This document shows positions 35,839 to 49,700 of a stretch of 64,000 bases of DNA, one piece after another. Position 1 is the stretch's first letter, and every line of letters begins with the position of its first letter. Source of the DNA: Trichosphaerium sp. ATCC 40318 (taxonomy: Eukaryota > Protista > Tubulinea); assembly GCA_038496445.1 (NCBI GenBank), contig JALMLS010000065.1, positions 427,335-491,334 on the forward strand, read 5' to 3'. Below the pieces are notes generated by a model. It did no database searches, was not told where the DNA came from, and was given only the letters and a program-made list of their open reading frames with translations. The translations under genes and the position numbers were made by a program.

Positions 35839-37402
35839 ATGACACTACAACATCTCTTCTTATCCTGTTTTATAGCCTTGTTTACTATCGCTAATACTGA
35901 ATTGTAAGTGGTTAATATTAAGGAGTATCTAATCAAACGGTACAGGATTATCGCCAAGGGGATAACAGGTATTGCACCAGAAGGTATTGCGTGGGTATGG
36001 TAGTTGCGAATTAGTCTCCTTTGTTCTAATTAATTTATAGTCAAGCACAACGAATTTCCTATTATCATCTTTCTTCTACAACAGCTTATTTATGGTTCAA
36101 GACAATGGGTTGGAAATACAATCTTGTGGCAACCTTCTAACAATTCGTTTTCAGCACTACTACAGAATATGGCCCTGTACCTGGTAAGCGAAAGTAGAAA
36201 CGTAAGTTACATCTAAGATGACACTCCTAACGTTTCATAACTAGCGTGTATATGGAGCTATTACAAACGCAATGATTATTATTGAACAAAACATGACTGG
36301 CTCTGCTTTTGTATGTCACTAAGCGATAATTTCAAGCTGTTTTTGTTAACGCTTACAACTAGGTGGGTGAATGGAACCTTTCTACTGGCGAGTTTATTAA
36401 ACTTGTGAATTTAACAGGCACAGACAAGCGACCACTCTGTAACGATTTAAGTACGGAACCAGCCTGAAAATCGTAGCCTATTGTGTGAGGGAACAAGTCT
36501 ATATCTCTCAATCTGTTGAGCCTTTTCTCAACTGTTGATTTCAAAACTCTTACTCAATTGTAGTTGTACACGAATCAACAGGTGATGTTTATGCTACAGA
36601 CTCTTTTGGTGCAAAGATCTGGAAGATAGCAGCGGATACATACGAGGTTACTACTATATCCAGACCAAACGAGTGGATAGGTATGCGCTTACGCTGGTTA
36701 TCGTATTCTCATGTTCTTACGTGATACTGTGTTAGGTGATCCATTAGCTTTAAATATTGGACCTAACGGCATACAAATTATTGGAGATACTTTGATAGTT
36801 GTGATACAACGAGCTGTATCAGGACAACTCTACAGAGTCTCACTATCTAACACGTCTGATATTACAAAAATCCAGTTTATTGGCGATGCTCCACCAGGAT
36901 ATGATGGTTTATGTGGTGATCCTACTTCAGGTTCTTGATTTTTTCTTATTGATTTTTCTGTAAAAATTATGTTAATAGTCATCGACATAGGTGGTATTGC
37001 GGCAGTAGGTAACAACAACTTGGTGTATCGTTTGGAAACAACAGACAATTTCAAAACAATAGCAGTTACAGGTGTTTTCAACTCTACAGTTCGTACGTGA
37101 TCTAATGACTTTAAATGTATACCGCAAAGTCTCATATATTTTTAGAAGGTGATCTGGCAACATGTGCCACAAGAATGAACGATGTTTATGCGCTAAACAT
37201 TCATTTTCTTCAACGCGACCAAGAACAATACGAAATTGAGAAAGTCACATTCTCTGTACCCACTACAGCACCAACCACTACAGCACCAATAGCTAACACA
37301 ATTCCGACCACTATTGCACCAATCGCACCAACATCCTCAAGTGTTCCTATAGCACTGTCTTTTGCAGTAATACTATTGAGCTTGTTTGCGTTTTATAAAT
37401 AA
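35839..37402 (+). CDS. Secreted SMP-30/gluconolactonase-like beta-propeller with Thr/Pro stalk and probable GPI signal
   Basis: Signal peptide, PEGIAW, GDVYATDSFGAKIWKI, GPNGIQ, GYDGL, PTTAPTTTAP stalk, hydrophobic C-terminus. Confidence 0.75.
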
Positions 37403-37513
37403 AGTAGCCTTTCAATTTAAACTCAGTACAAAAATGTCGATTTGTAGATTGCTCTGCTATTTTCACATTTATTTTGCAAATACACTGTACAAGCTACACT
37501 AGTAAAAAGCAGT

Positions 37514-38150
37514 TCAATTCCAGTTTCTTGCCTGAATTCGTTTTGCAAAGCTGACCAACGCAGGAAACTCAGGCCTATGTTCAGCGAGCAACGCTACCCA
37601 AGCTTGTTGAGAAGGCTGTAGCTTTCGTTTCTCACTATCTCGTTTTCACGCTAGAGTCTCTCAAGAGTTCAACACTGGTTGATCTATTGATCGATTCCGC
37701 CATTACAACCAGTCCTGGCAAGGTGCGACTTTAATCTAGAATGGCGATCAGCATAGAATTCTTGTAATGTTAAAAAGAATTATAACGTGAGGGGTACTGC
37801 ACGTGCTTGCTTAAATGCGTTAGAATAATTGGAGTACTACTTTTCTGAGCCATTTTGACCTCCAATATGCACCACTGCTACTGACAACAGCTAGTAAATT
37901 TGTTAACTGGAGTTTAAAACTGTACACATGGAAAAGTTAAAGCGACAATTAATCGTTCTAGGGCTACAATACCTTGCAATCAACGCATTGTCCCATAACT
38001 CCCTTCAGTAGTACTAAAAATCATCCTACACTTGCTTGAATGATGAAGTTCTGAAAATAGCTATCTCTACAATATGATATAGCTAAGAAGGGAACCATTT
38101 GCTGATTGTTAGTTCACACAATAGTTGACTACTATGTTATGATTCCATGA
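37514..38150 (-). CDS. Possible small multi-exon hypothetical gene
   Basis: Run of short GT-AG-bounded segments ending ...FPALVSFAKRIQARNWN*; I could not close the model. Confidence 0.25.
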
Positions 38151-38441
38151 ATTGGCGGCAAGTTGTGCAGCACAGAAAAAAAAACGTGACACAAGAACAA
38201 ACACTTTTCTGGTAACCAACCTTTCTGCTAAATGCCACACTGGTTCATTATTGTTCAACGTTGCTGGCGGGACTTTACGAGAATCTTTGTGTAAACACAT
38301 TCACAAAAGATTTGAGCTAGTAAACGCATTTTAAAGGTGAACGCTATTTTACTCTTAGTTTGTTTTTTTTTACAAATTGTTAGTTTACATAAATCTTTTT
38401 ACAACTCAAAAACTCGAAAGTTTTCGTTGGAATTTTGCTGG

Positions 38442-39655
38442 TCACGGATTTAAAACTTCATACTCTGAGGGAGTAGAAACATCCATACGACATATATCAG
38501 CTGTTACATCTGAAAAACGGGTCAGTGTCTTACCAAGAAAAATCAGCTGAAACAAAGAAACTTCAAAGAAGTAAAATTAGCAAAATCTGACGCCGGAACT
38601 TCTCCTTTCTCGAAAAGATGAGACGTACCGTGCCAACAATTATTCCTGCAATCCTGGCTTCATACAATACTTGTTGTAAATGGATGCCAACCAAGCGTAC
38701 TACATGCATTTTGTGAGTGGCTACAATTCAATCTTTTTTATTCAAATTTCGGTTAACCAGAAAGATCAATTTCAAAAAAAAAAGACAAACATGTTTTGGG
38801 ACATTTTCTTGCTCACCTTGATGCGCCTTGATTAGAGCTTGGTGACTGAGGCGGTGTTGATGATGCACTAGAAGTCTCTATAGATATGTTATCGTCTTGT
38901 GCTGGTTTGGGCGTGGAAGTCAAACCTATTAAACCACTGTTAGACAATAGTGGTAAAAACAAAAAAAATAGGAAAATCTGGGGTTTACAAAATAAAGTTT
39001 CGGGGATGTGAAAAAGATAAAAAAGCTGGCTGTTTAGGTTTGTATACCTTCTGCTATTGCAATTTTGCCACGCAATCTTTTATTCTCAGCTTCTATTGTC
39101 TGTACTTTTGCCAAGAGTTTGTGCAAGTACCCAACTGTCAGAGTTACAACTACGCTTTGATTTTCCTTAGAAGCGCGCGGTACAATGCTTCTAAGCTCTG
39201 TTATGGCAGTCGTCATCTTGCTACGCCTCTGTCGTTCTTTTATCCGTTTGTTCATATTAGTCTTGGCCTTACGCTTTACTTTTATGGCGCATAACTCGTC
39301 GAAAGCCTGTTCTCTTCGCTCGTCCTTGTCAGACGTACTGGAAAATAAAATTAGCTTTTTTGTCTTTATTGGCACCACTTTAGATAAAATGGTTTGCTAC
39401 GCAACCACGTACGTTGGTCTATGCGTCTGGTAATTGATAAGGTCTTGTGTACTTGTATGGAAAGGAGAAGGTGGAAAGGATTGCTCCGGCACTCCAATAC
39501 CATCCCATAAGCCTAGTGCCTAGAGGTATACTAAGAACTTTGCTTTGATTGATGCTGAAATGCGAGTAAAATAATTCTAATAAACTCATATGTCTGCACT
39601 TCTAACTATACTACAAAGGTAGCCTACAACGTACCCAAATATCTCCTTCTGTCAT
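38442..39655 (-). CDS. bHLH-leucine zipper transcription factor
   Basis: NKRIKERQRRSKMTTAITELRSIVP...VVVTLTVGYLHKLLAKVQTIEAENKRLRGKI. Confidence 0.85.
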
Positions 39656-40131
39656 TTGTTGTTTAGTCTGTGTGTGTTTCCAAATTATGGATTTTTGGTG
39701 AAACGCCAGTTTTGTGAAACGGGCATAATAATTCGCCTCGCCCCGGTGAGCCTCCCACAGGCGTCAAATTGCGCGTATACACGCTACAATACCACACAAC
39801 TAGGAAACCATCGTTAAAAGTTTAAAAACACGTGATTATTGTCATAATCTTTATTACCCACAGTGGTTACTGACTTAATATGTAGTAGCGTTATGTACCT
39901 AGCTAGGGGTTATATTACGTCCGTTAAATAAAATGACAAGTGAAGTTAGTTACTACTTTTACCAAAAACAATACAAATAGTTGAAAGACATTTACTTGAG
40001 CTGTACTATACAAGAGAAACACAAAACCTTTGCAAGTTGCAATTTTTTTGAAATCCAAAAACGATCTCGTTATTTTTCTTTTCCTTGAGTTTTCTTGTTT
40101 GTCATGAAAAGAAAACCCCCGTTCCTCCACT

Positions 40132-41592
40132 TTAGACTTCTACGGTACTTGGAAAGTTACCTTGTCCTGTTGGAGCGTCTGAAATCTCGCCGTGTTCATT
40201 GATACCGTTCTCTAAAGTTCCCGCAGTTTGAGCTTCTTCGATTTGGCTCTTTCGTATTGCTGAGGCTTCTTCTAGAAGCTTGTTGTGTAGAGGATCGTAA
40301 GAAGGCGTATCTAGGCGGGTATTTAGCAAGATCAAGAGTTAATAATATTGGAAAAAGCAAAAAGCGTTTTCCAGACATTTTATGAAAAAACCGTTTTGGC
40401 TTGATGTAATTTCACCTTCACAGGTCGGTTACGAAGTTGAGAAGACAAAGAAAACAAAAAACGGGCACTCGGGTAATTATACCGGCAAGTAGAATGTCAG
40501 AAAATTAGTAAAATCGTCATAAACTTCACAAATAAACTAGCGCTAGTTTACCTCTAAACAAGTCAGATAGCTCCAAAAAGTATTTTAGTGCGTCACATGG
40601 ATTTTGGGCACGTAAGCCTTCAATCTGTTGGGTGGCTGATTCAATGGTGAGAGTGATGCCCTGAGCGCGTAAGCGTTCTACATAGCTTTCCTATGATAGC
40701 GTTAGTTATGTAATTTATCCGACCGCCGCGGACAAATCTAGTCCGAGTGATCTTTTGGATCACTACTTCATTTTTTTATTTCAAATTTTTATATCTCAAA
40801 AACTTGGGGGCAAACTGTGCCAAAACACAATACCGCCCATAGTGGAGCAATAGTTTTCGTGCTTGTTCATAAAAAATTTAAAAAAGTAACATGTCGAAGC
40901 ACGTGCGAGAACTCGACAGCTTCTGTGAAGATACAAGTGTGATAAAATGGAAGTGTCCGTTTTCTTTTTTGGTATTGACGTACTGCTACTACTGGTGTGC
41001 TGCTTTGCATATATCCTGTACGTTGTCTCTTTCCAGGTTGTCCGTATTGGCCAAACTGACCTTGGTGGGATGCTTGTCTTTTACGCGGAGGTATTGTGGC
41101 ACGGCCAACCGATGCCAAATTTGAGTTAGCGCGTTTTCCATCCACTACCGGAAATGGATCTGCTAAAGCGCGTTGTGCTTCTTGTGTAGTTTTGAATGTC
41201 ACCTTTAATACAGTTTTCAGTATACTACGTGTGAGCGATGCACATAAACGCGGTTAACGCTTTGTGTTACGTACAAATCCGAATCCTTTGGAGTTGCCTG
41301 TGTACTTATCCATAATGACTTTGCATTCAACAATTTCGCCATATTGCATGAAATATGCCTACACATATATTGAGTATCGGAAATTGCGTTTTTTCGTTTC
41401 ATTTAATTTTTTTTAATCGCAATTTACCTGTAACGAATAGCCTGTTGTGAGTGGGCTCAAACCGCCAACAAATAATTTTCTATCGGCGTCATCGCCACCG
41501 CCTCCGCCTCCTCGACGTCCGCCCATGCCACCAGGAGCTTGTTGGTGATGGCCAGTAACACCAGGCCGCGGCCATTGAGGTTGTTGAGGCAT
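40132..41592 (-). CDS. Single-RRM RNA-binding protein, RBM24/RBM38-like
   Basis: KLFVGGL (RNP2), SKGFGFVTF (RNP1), ALADPFPVVDGKRANSNLASVG. Confidence 0.88.
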
Positions 41593-41847
41593 TTGACTTC
41601 TCCTAGCTCAAATTACAAATTGTCGCGTAAATATCCATAAAATGGCGTTTAAACGAATAATACGACCCATTTCGGTAGAAATTGAGCAAAATTGTCACAT
41701 ACGGGTATTGATACATTGTAAATTATCCCCTTTATTAGTATATGAGGTGCACAAGGAAGGAGAACAATCTTTGCTTGTGGCGCTAAGTCGCAGCTGTGCT
41801 TAAAGACACAAAAAATTACAAACGAAATTAACACGCCAAAGGGCCTT

Positions 41848-43261
41848 TTATTTGCCATTTTGTTTTGGCAGCCTCTTTTGAAAGTATTCAATTGTTCCAG
41901 ATAAGCCATCCGTAAGTGACACAACAGGTGCCCATTTTAGAGATTCCTTGCTCTTTGTCAAGTCCGGACATCTTCGCGATGGATCGTCCTTAGGTAGTGG
42001 TTTGTTAACTAGTTTGGAAGTAGTCCCATATTTTTTAGACACCAGGGCTATAATCTCATCTGCAAGTTGCTTTATTGTTATCTCGTTGTTATTTCCTAAA
42101 AAGTACAAAAATGTGAGATTTTTTTATCCAATTTTAAAATGATAGTTTTGATATGTACCTATGTTTACTGGGCCTGGTTCATCGCCATTCATAAGTTTTA
42201 CTAACCCACCCATTGTATCGGTTATGTAACAAAAGCTTCGAGTTTGAGACCCATCACCATAAAGAGTAATATCCTACACACGAAAAAAGTAAACAAAAGT
42301 TGTTACCAAAAAATTATCTAAAAGATACTAACCTTACTCTGCAGTGCTTGCAAAATGAAGTTACTCACTACCCTGCCATCGTTCTCGCGTAGACGAGGTC
42401 CATAACTGAGTAAGATTAGATTAGATATAAGCACCCACTTTACAATAATACGTACGTGTTAAAAATGCGAGCAATACGTGTAGTGACTTTATGCACATTG
42501 TGATATTCATAACAAAGCGTCTCACCAATACGTTTTCCCTCATCATAACAAGACCTTGGTCCAATGGTGTTTACGTTACCCCAGTAACTCTCAGTTTGAG
42601 GGTGAACCTAATATTGTTGTTAATTTACTACCAAGGGCTGGACGTGTTTGGAAGTTGAGCAACAAAAAAATAACTTGAAAATAAATTTTCGTACCTGTGG
42701 TTGGCCGTAGACTTCTGATGTTGAAGTGTATAAGATACGAGCTTTGTTCTTTTTAGCAAGGTCCAACATGTTCATTGTTCCCATGAAGCAAGTCTTTAGC
42801 GTCTTTATTGGTTGTGCTTGATAGTGTGGTGGCGAAGCAGGACATGCTAGGTGGTAAATCTGGTCCAACTACAGCACGTGTTAGCAATAATACCAAAAGG
42901 CAAATACAGGATGACGTTGGTAATGCTTTAACAAGACATTTTTTACCGCTGTAACCATTTACAACGCCATCAAAAGCGTGTAGACGCGTTTCGTGTTTAA
43001 AATAATACATAACATACCCCATCAACTTCTAAAACGTCCACTACGTCGTGTCTGATGAAGGTGAATTTATCCTTTAGCGCAGAGAGCGCTTCGAGATTTT
43101 CTGTATCACCAGAAACAAGATTATCGATACCAATAACAGTGTGACCCTTTTTTCGAACCATTAATGCGTTATAAAGCCGCTGAGTAACTAACCTGCTTCA
43201 CGAGGTGCTCACAAAGGTGAGAACCAATGAATCCAGCTGCTCCAGTGACGAGAATCTTCAT
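41848..43261 (-). CDS. UXS1: UDP-glucuronate decarboxylase (UDP-xylose synthase)
   Basis: [60 protein letters not shown]. Confidence 0.96.
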
Positions 43262-43705
43262 GTTTGGTTTTACGGCTTGCGTCTGCGTTAGGGGCAATGT
43301 TTGAAAATAAGTGAACAAATTCTGTTTTTTTGGCCAATTATGTCAACAGGTCTCGATGTGTTAATGCGTGGTACTTCTTTTGAAACACGCAACATGCCTG
43401 ATTGGTATTTTTAAACACGATTTCACGTAGCCGAATACATACTCCGCGTGCTTTTGTATCCCTTTTTACTCACTTTGGTATCCATGTCATTTCAACCTTT
43501 AAGAAAATAGTCGTTTATTTACAAGTGCATGCCACGTTAAAACAATCGCCACACAAACGTTTGAGTGCAACGTAAAAATTTGTATAACTCACATAAATAC
43601 AGAAAAGTATTTCAACAATGTAGCGTCACAACTTGAAGTGTGCCACAAAGGGAACAAAAATAATGAATGCATCTATGTCCCTCCCTTTGTTGCTGGTATT
43701 AGAAC

Positions 43706-46353
43706 TTAATTATGTCTAAATTCCTCGACGTCTACGCTCTTGGCAAGCAATGCCTTGTAGTCCCTAATCAAAGAATTAAATACAAAATCAACAGAATATA
43801 AAATGCGATTTTGGGGCGGAGTGGTACCTGATAGAGCTGTTCCACTTTGTTACAGTTTGGTTTCCGCAAACCCAGATATCACCATCGACTTGTTCAATAA
43901 GTCTGAAATCGTGAGATACTAGCACAATACCACCGTCAAAATTATTGATGGCAATAGCAAGAGAATCAATTGTTTCAATATCGAGATGGTTTGTAGGTTC
44001 ATCAAGAAGTAAAATGTGAGGTCTACTCCAGCAAAGTTCTGCTAAAACCACTCGGTTCTTGAGTCCATCGGATAAACGCTATTAAAAAAATTACGTGAGA
44101 ACAGTGATCAGATAAAACAAACTCTCGGTGGAAGTAAGAAAATTTGGATACTTACGCCAATTTCTTTTGTTTGGTAATCTCCAGTAATACCAAAACGACC
44201 AATGAGTTGTCTCATTGCGCTCTTTTCTTCGTCAGGGTACTTTGCACAGATATATTCAAGAGGACTGACACCTTCATCAAGGAGTTCACTGTAAAGATAG
44301 ATTAATTTACAACTATTTAATAATAACAAGCGTACTTCAAATGTTGATGGTACCAACCAATCTTTAATTTTGTATGACGTCTAATACCGCCACCATTTGA
44401 AGGCTTCAATTCATCGACCATAAGTTTAAGAAGTGTTGATTTACCGACACCATTTGGACCAACAAGGGAAATACGAGTGTCACAATCAATACCAAAATTA
44501 AGATCTTTGTAAAGAACCTTATCTAAAGCCAAACAGTGAGTATTTTTTTACTTGTCAACAAGGTGAAATGGTAGTGAGATGAGCCTAATATCCGCGTTTC
44601 GTACCTGGTGCTGATGGGTAAGCAAAGTCAACTCCCTCGAACATCATAACTGGAGGTGGGATCTTATCTGTATGCATAAAGTAAAAGTTCAACATGCGTT
44701 CACTTGTTACTGCTTCAGTGAGACCAGCATCTTCCATACGTTTGAGCCACTAAAACAAAAGATTATTAGTACAATTTAACAAATAAAAAAAAAAACCGGC
44801 TTGATTACATACTTTCTCACGACTTTGAGCTTGTCTGGCTAATTTTTTAGTACCATGACCGAACTTGGCTACAAAGTTTTTGATTTCTCTCATTTTATCT
44901 TGTTCCCATTCATACTTTCTGGCTTGGTTTTCTTCTAGTTCCCTAAAAGATAGAAATTAGTTACAACGCTCGATACTTACTAGCAGCGGGGTACAAGCAG
45001 TCACTGCATTTAGATAATATACTTACGCTCTTGTTTTAACAAAAGTATCGTAGTTACCACCATAATATTTGAGGACACGATCCTTTAGATGCATAATTTT
45101 AGTGCAAACACCGTTTAGGAAATCCTGAGAGTGAGATACAATAACCAACACCCTATCGTAAGTCTTCAAGTATTCTTCGAGCCATACACAAGCCTCAAGA
45201 TCCAAGTGATTCGTAGGTTCATCAAGCAACATAATGTCGGGACGAATAAACAAAACTACACAAGTGTTACGGTCGTTTTTTTTGTCTCCCAATATATATT
45301 TTTATTTCTAATCAAAAGTACCTTTAGCGAGTGAAATTCTCATTCTCCAACCACCAGAGAAGTCTTTTGCGAATTGCTCTTGCATATCTAACAACAATTG
45401 ATTAAAAAAAGGGCATGTAAACAAACACTCGAGAATATTCAGTGCACTAATGTGTACCAGGGGAGAAGCCAAGACCAGTTAGAATTTTGCGTGCTTTACG
45501 TTCTGGCACACTTCCTTCCATGTTATCGAGTTCATCACAAACGACTCTGAACCTACGCAACTATTAGTACAATACAAATAACAAACAATTTTAATTTTGT
45601 AAAAACAAAAACGAATCGTTACCTATCAGATTCTGTTAATTCCTCATCAATGAGCTGCTCCATTTCTTTCTCGAGTTTCGCCTTGAGCGCGTTCATGTCT
45701 TCCATTAGAATGTCGACTGGCGTTTTTTCGATTGGCTCGCACTCGCTAGTGAGAAAATGAGAAGAGAAAAGCAGACCGGTTTTTGGTTACATGAAGAGAA
45801 AATGTTGTGTGTTTTTTTTATTTTACTATTTTGTTAAAACCTGCGTATAGCTTCAAATAAAATGACCAGTAGGCTACGTACTTATCTAAGAAATAAATAA
45901 CGCGATTTTCGGGAATGGGTACCATTCTATCTGCGATGGCTTTAAGCATAGTCGATTTACCACTGCCGTTTCTCCCAATGAGACCATAGCGGTGGCCATA
46001 AATTAGTTCCTGACGCGTAATAAGCACATAATGTTATCATTGAAGGGAAAACTGAAGAAATAAGGAAATTTGCCGTACCAGCTCCGTATCCTCTACGAGT
46101 GCTTTACCTTCCAGTTGGACGGAAAATTGTCCCACACGAACATCGTTGTTCAAGACCTGAGTCAACAACAAGCCAGTGGCGGAGTAAGGCTTGTCGGAGG
46201 TCTAGCAAGCGTATAAGTTGCGGCTAGCAAAAAAGAAACAAATAAAGAGTGGCTTGGTACCATTTCATTTTGGACTTGTTGACGCTCTGCAGCCTTCTTG
46301 GTGGCGCTCTTGTTGCCTCGGCCCTTTCTACCTCTTCTACGCTTTGGTGGCAT
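43706..46353 (-). CDS. ABCF2: ABC-F family protein, ABCF2/Arb1 type
   Basis: Two NBDs without TM domains: [90 protein letters not shown]. Confidence 0.95.
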
Positions 46354-46719
46354 TTTTTTTTTCTTGTTTTTTTTTTGTTGGGTGGTTTTGTTGAAAAGGT
46401 ATTTGTAACAATTTGTTGCGAAGGGTAAATTCGAACAAAGTGTTAAGAAAATCGCACAATTCAAGACTCGGGATTGACTTGTAGAAGGTGTTTTTTTTTT
46501 TTTCTGAATTTTTGAGTTAAACAAAATTTCTGCGAGCAACGTGGACTCAATTGATGGAAGACACTTGCTCTTTTTTAGCGTAGAGAGTAGAATTAACATA
46601 GGTACAGCTATTTTTTCCTAAACAGCAAATGAATAATACTCTATTAACGCTCTGTTCAGTTTATTGTATTAAAAACTAACGTCATGCAAACATTTAACGC
46701 AAACGCTGTTTCTGTAGCA

Positions 46720-49700
46720 GAATGCGCTCCGAATGGTGAAGGTATGTAATCTACGCTATTGTGTCACTCGCTAGCTACCTTCTTAGTAACTCTAAGCTGA
46801 GCTTTCATTTTTTTTTTGTCTTTGTACACGTCAAAATATTTTTAATTACATGTTGTAACATGCCAACGCAGCGCGGTGGTTCTTGTCAAAAAATGAAGTC
46901 AAAAACTGTATTTTTGAAATAACCTCTCACTAAACTGCTAGCTATCTTGGCACGAAGGTCTTCTGGTGCACTAGAAACTTCTGGCGCATGGGATGCCTGG
47001 TCGGATCAGGATGTATGTAACAGCACAGTCTCATTCCGCTTGTTGATAGCCTAAACTAGGAAGATAATAGTGCCTTTGCTTCATTCGGACAAACTGGCGA
47101 ACAAAATACAGCGCCGGTTGCCAATTCATCTTTTGGAGACACACTGGCTAGCGATAACACAGCTGATGGTGGTTGGGGCGAAGGTGATTGGGGCGCAGAC
47201 GGTGACAGTGGGTTTTTTGATAGCACACCCGCCACTAATGGCGCTGCGCCAACACAAGGAGATAAATTAAACAAAGTAAACGGAATGAATGGTAACACGG
47301 CTCACCTTCCAAAACAAAATGGTGGCGATGGAGGTAGCTTTTTTGACGATAATCCTGCCAGTGAAGATAATTGGCTAGGACAAGACACCGTAGGTGTTGA
47401 AACTACACCAACTATTACCGAGCCAGGTTTGTACTGTTTGTTAGGTTCTGTTTTTATTCTTAATTGGTTAATTTTTATTTTAGTATCCAAACCAAATCCA
47501 GTAGTTCCAGCTGAAAAATCTAGCAATAGTGCTGTGAGTGATGCTTTTGAGTGGGATGACACTTGGGACGCCAACGACGATGGTGGTTTCTTTGGAGATG
47601 AAGTGGTTACATCTGAATTTGATGCTTCGAACTCTGTTCCTGCTCCAGTATCTCAAGTAGAAGAGAATATTTCGACTACTGTTGTTGAAGAATCCGTTAC
47701 ACCTGTACCCGATGCATCTGTAACTGCAAAAGCAATTGAAGAAGAGGTTGGCGCTTGGGATGACAATGATGATTGGGGCGAATCCATCGCCGGTGGCGAC
47801 TCTTCATTTTTTGGCAGTGTACCAGAAACTCCTGTGCAAGAAACCACTCTTCCTGAAAAAGAGGTGAAAGAACAAACAATAGCCGCAGTAGCCCCTGAGA
47901 CACATGAAGCCTCTACAACTACGCCTGAGGTGAGCGCCTGGGATGCTGGTGACTGGGGAGAAGATGAAGGCGAGTTATTTGGTGCTGATCCAGAGTCTGA
48001 TGTACAACCTGAGCAACCGGCACCAATTGTACAGCCTGTGGTTGAAGAAGATAAAACAGCGCCATCAGCTAACAAAGAAACCACACCTGAAGTTAGTGGC
48101 ACAACAGGCGAGCAAGTAGACGCTTCGCCGTTTGATAAAGATGACGCCTGGGATGGTAACGACGATTGGGGTGAATCCCCACAGGATACGACACCAGAGA
48201 ACAATCAAGGATCCGCATTTGACTCTATTGACGAGGTGTCGCAGGCTTCAAATAGCTTTTTCGATACGCCTGCAATTCAAACTAATACTGAGCTTCAAAC
48301 AGCTATACCAGAAGCGCAACCGCCTGTTGAATCACAGGTTACACAACAAGTACCTGATATGCCCTCTCCAGTACAAGAACAAGGTCCTGTTGGAGAGGTC
48401 AGTGATGCAAGTTGGGGAGATGATACTTGGGGAGCCGGTGATGATGTGTTTGGAGAAGATGATGCTAGCCAACCTACAACCTCAGCTTTTGATTCTATTG
48501 CGACAGGAACGAATACAATAACCCCTGTAGTACCTACAAAGGCTACAGTACCTGAGCTTCAACAAGTTCAAGATAAACCTGCCGTACCTGAAGTCGAACC
48601 TGCTGAGGGTGTAGAACCCGTGAGCACATGGGACGATGGAGGTTGGGGTGCTGACGATGGTGATGGTGACTTTTTTGGTTCAAGTGAGCCAACTCCTAAA
48701 CAACCAGGTGGTGCCACTATTCCTATTAGCCCTGAAGACTCTAGTACACTACTCGAGAGCCCAGAACCGACGTTGCCAGTGGCTGATGAACCAAAACCAG
48801 AAAAAAATACCGAAGTGAGCACTTTTGATGCCCTGGCAGATGATGCGAATAACACAATAAACCAAGGTGAGGAGCCTACCTCTTCCTGGGGAGATAATTG
48901 GGGTGATGATGGAGACGATAATTTCTTTGGAGACGTGGTTGCAAATACTGCACCTGCAGTTGCAGTTGTAGATCCTAAAGTTCAATCTCCTACAAAAGAA
49001 GAACCGGTGTTGCCAGTGCGTGATGAACCAGAAGAAAAAGTCGACGTGCCAAAGCCGGTTCCTGCTACTGAAATACCAACCGCGACAGAGTACACGCCTA
49101 ACCCTGATCCAGTATTACCAGCTGTTGATGAACAAGCAGGTAACACTAGTTGGGGAGGTGATTGGGGCAATGATGAAGATGACGGATTCTTTACCAGTTC
49201 TCCATCTGTTCCACCAACGGAGGAAACTAAACCTACAGTTCCTGAAGTTCAACCTCAGACGGACGCTGTGGAGCCTGCTGAAGAACCACATGTAGTCCAA
49301 GATAAAAAACCAATTGATCCAGTTGAAACGCCTAGCGTGGAGCCTATGTCAGCATGGGATGACGACGCTTGGGGTGATGAAGGTGCAGATTTCTTTACAA
49401 GTTCTCCAGACCCACCTTCGGCGCCAGTAGTGGAAGATACTCCCACTAGTATTATCGCTGAAACTGAGCAAGACAGCGTTTCCGTGCCTACAACAAATCA
49501 ACTAGCACAACCATCAAATGAGTCAAACCAACAAGTTGATGTCCCTCCTATTGCCGAGGGTTCAGCACCTGCTGTAGATCAAGTGAATGCAGATAGCTGG
49601 GGTGACGATTGGGGTAATGACAGCAGCGATTTTATGGCTACCACTGAAGAGAAACCAGAACCTGTACCAGCAAGTATACAGGCACCTGTTCCTGAAGTAT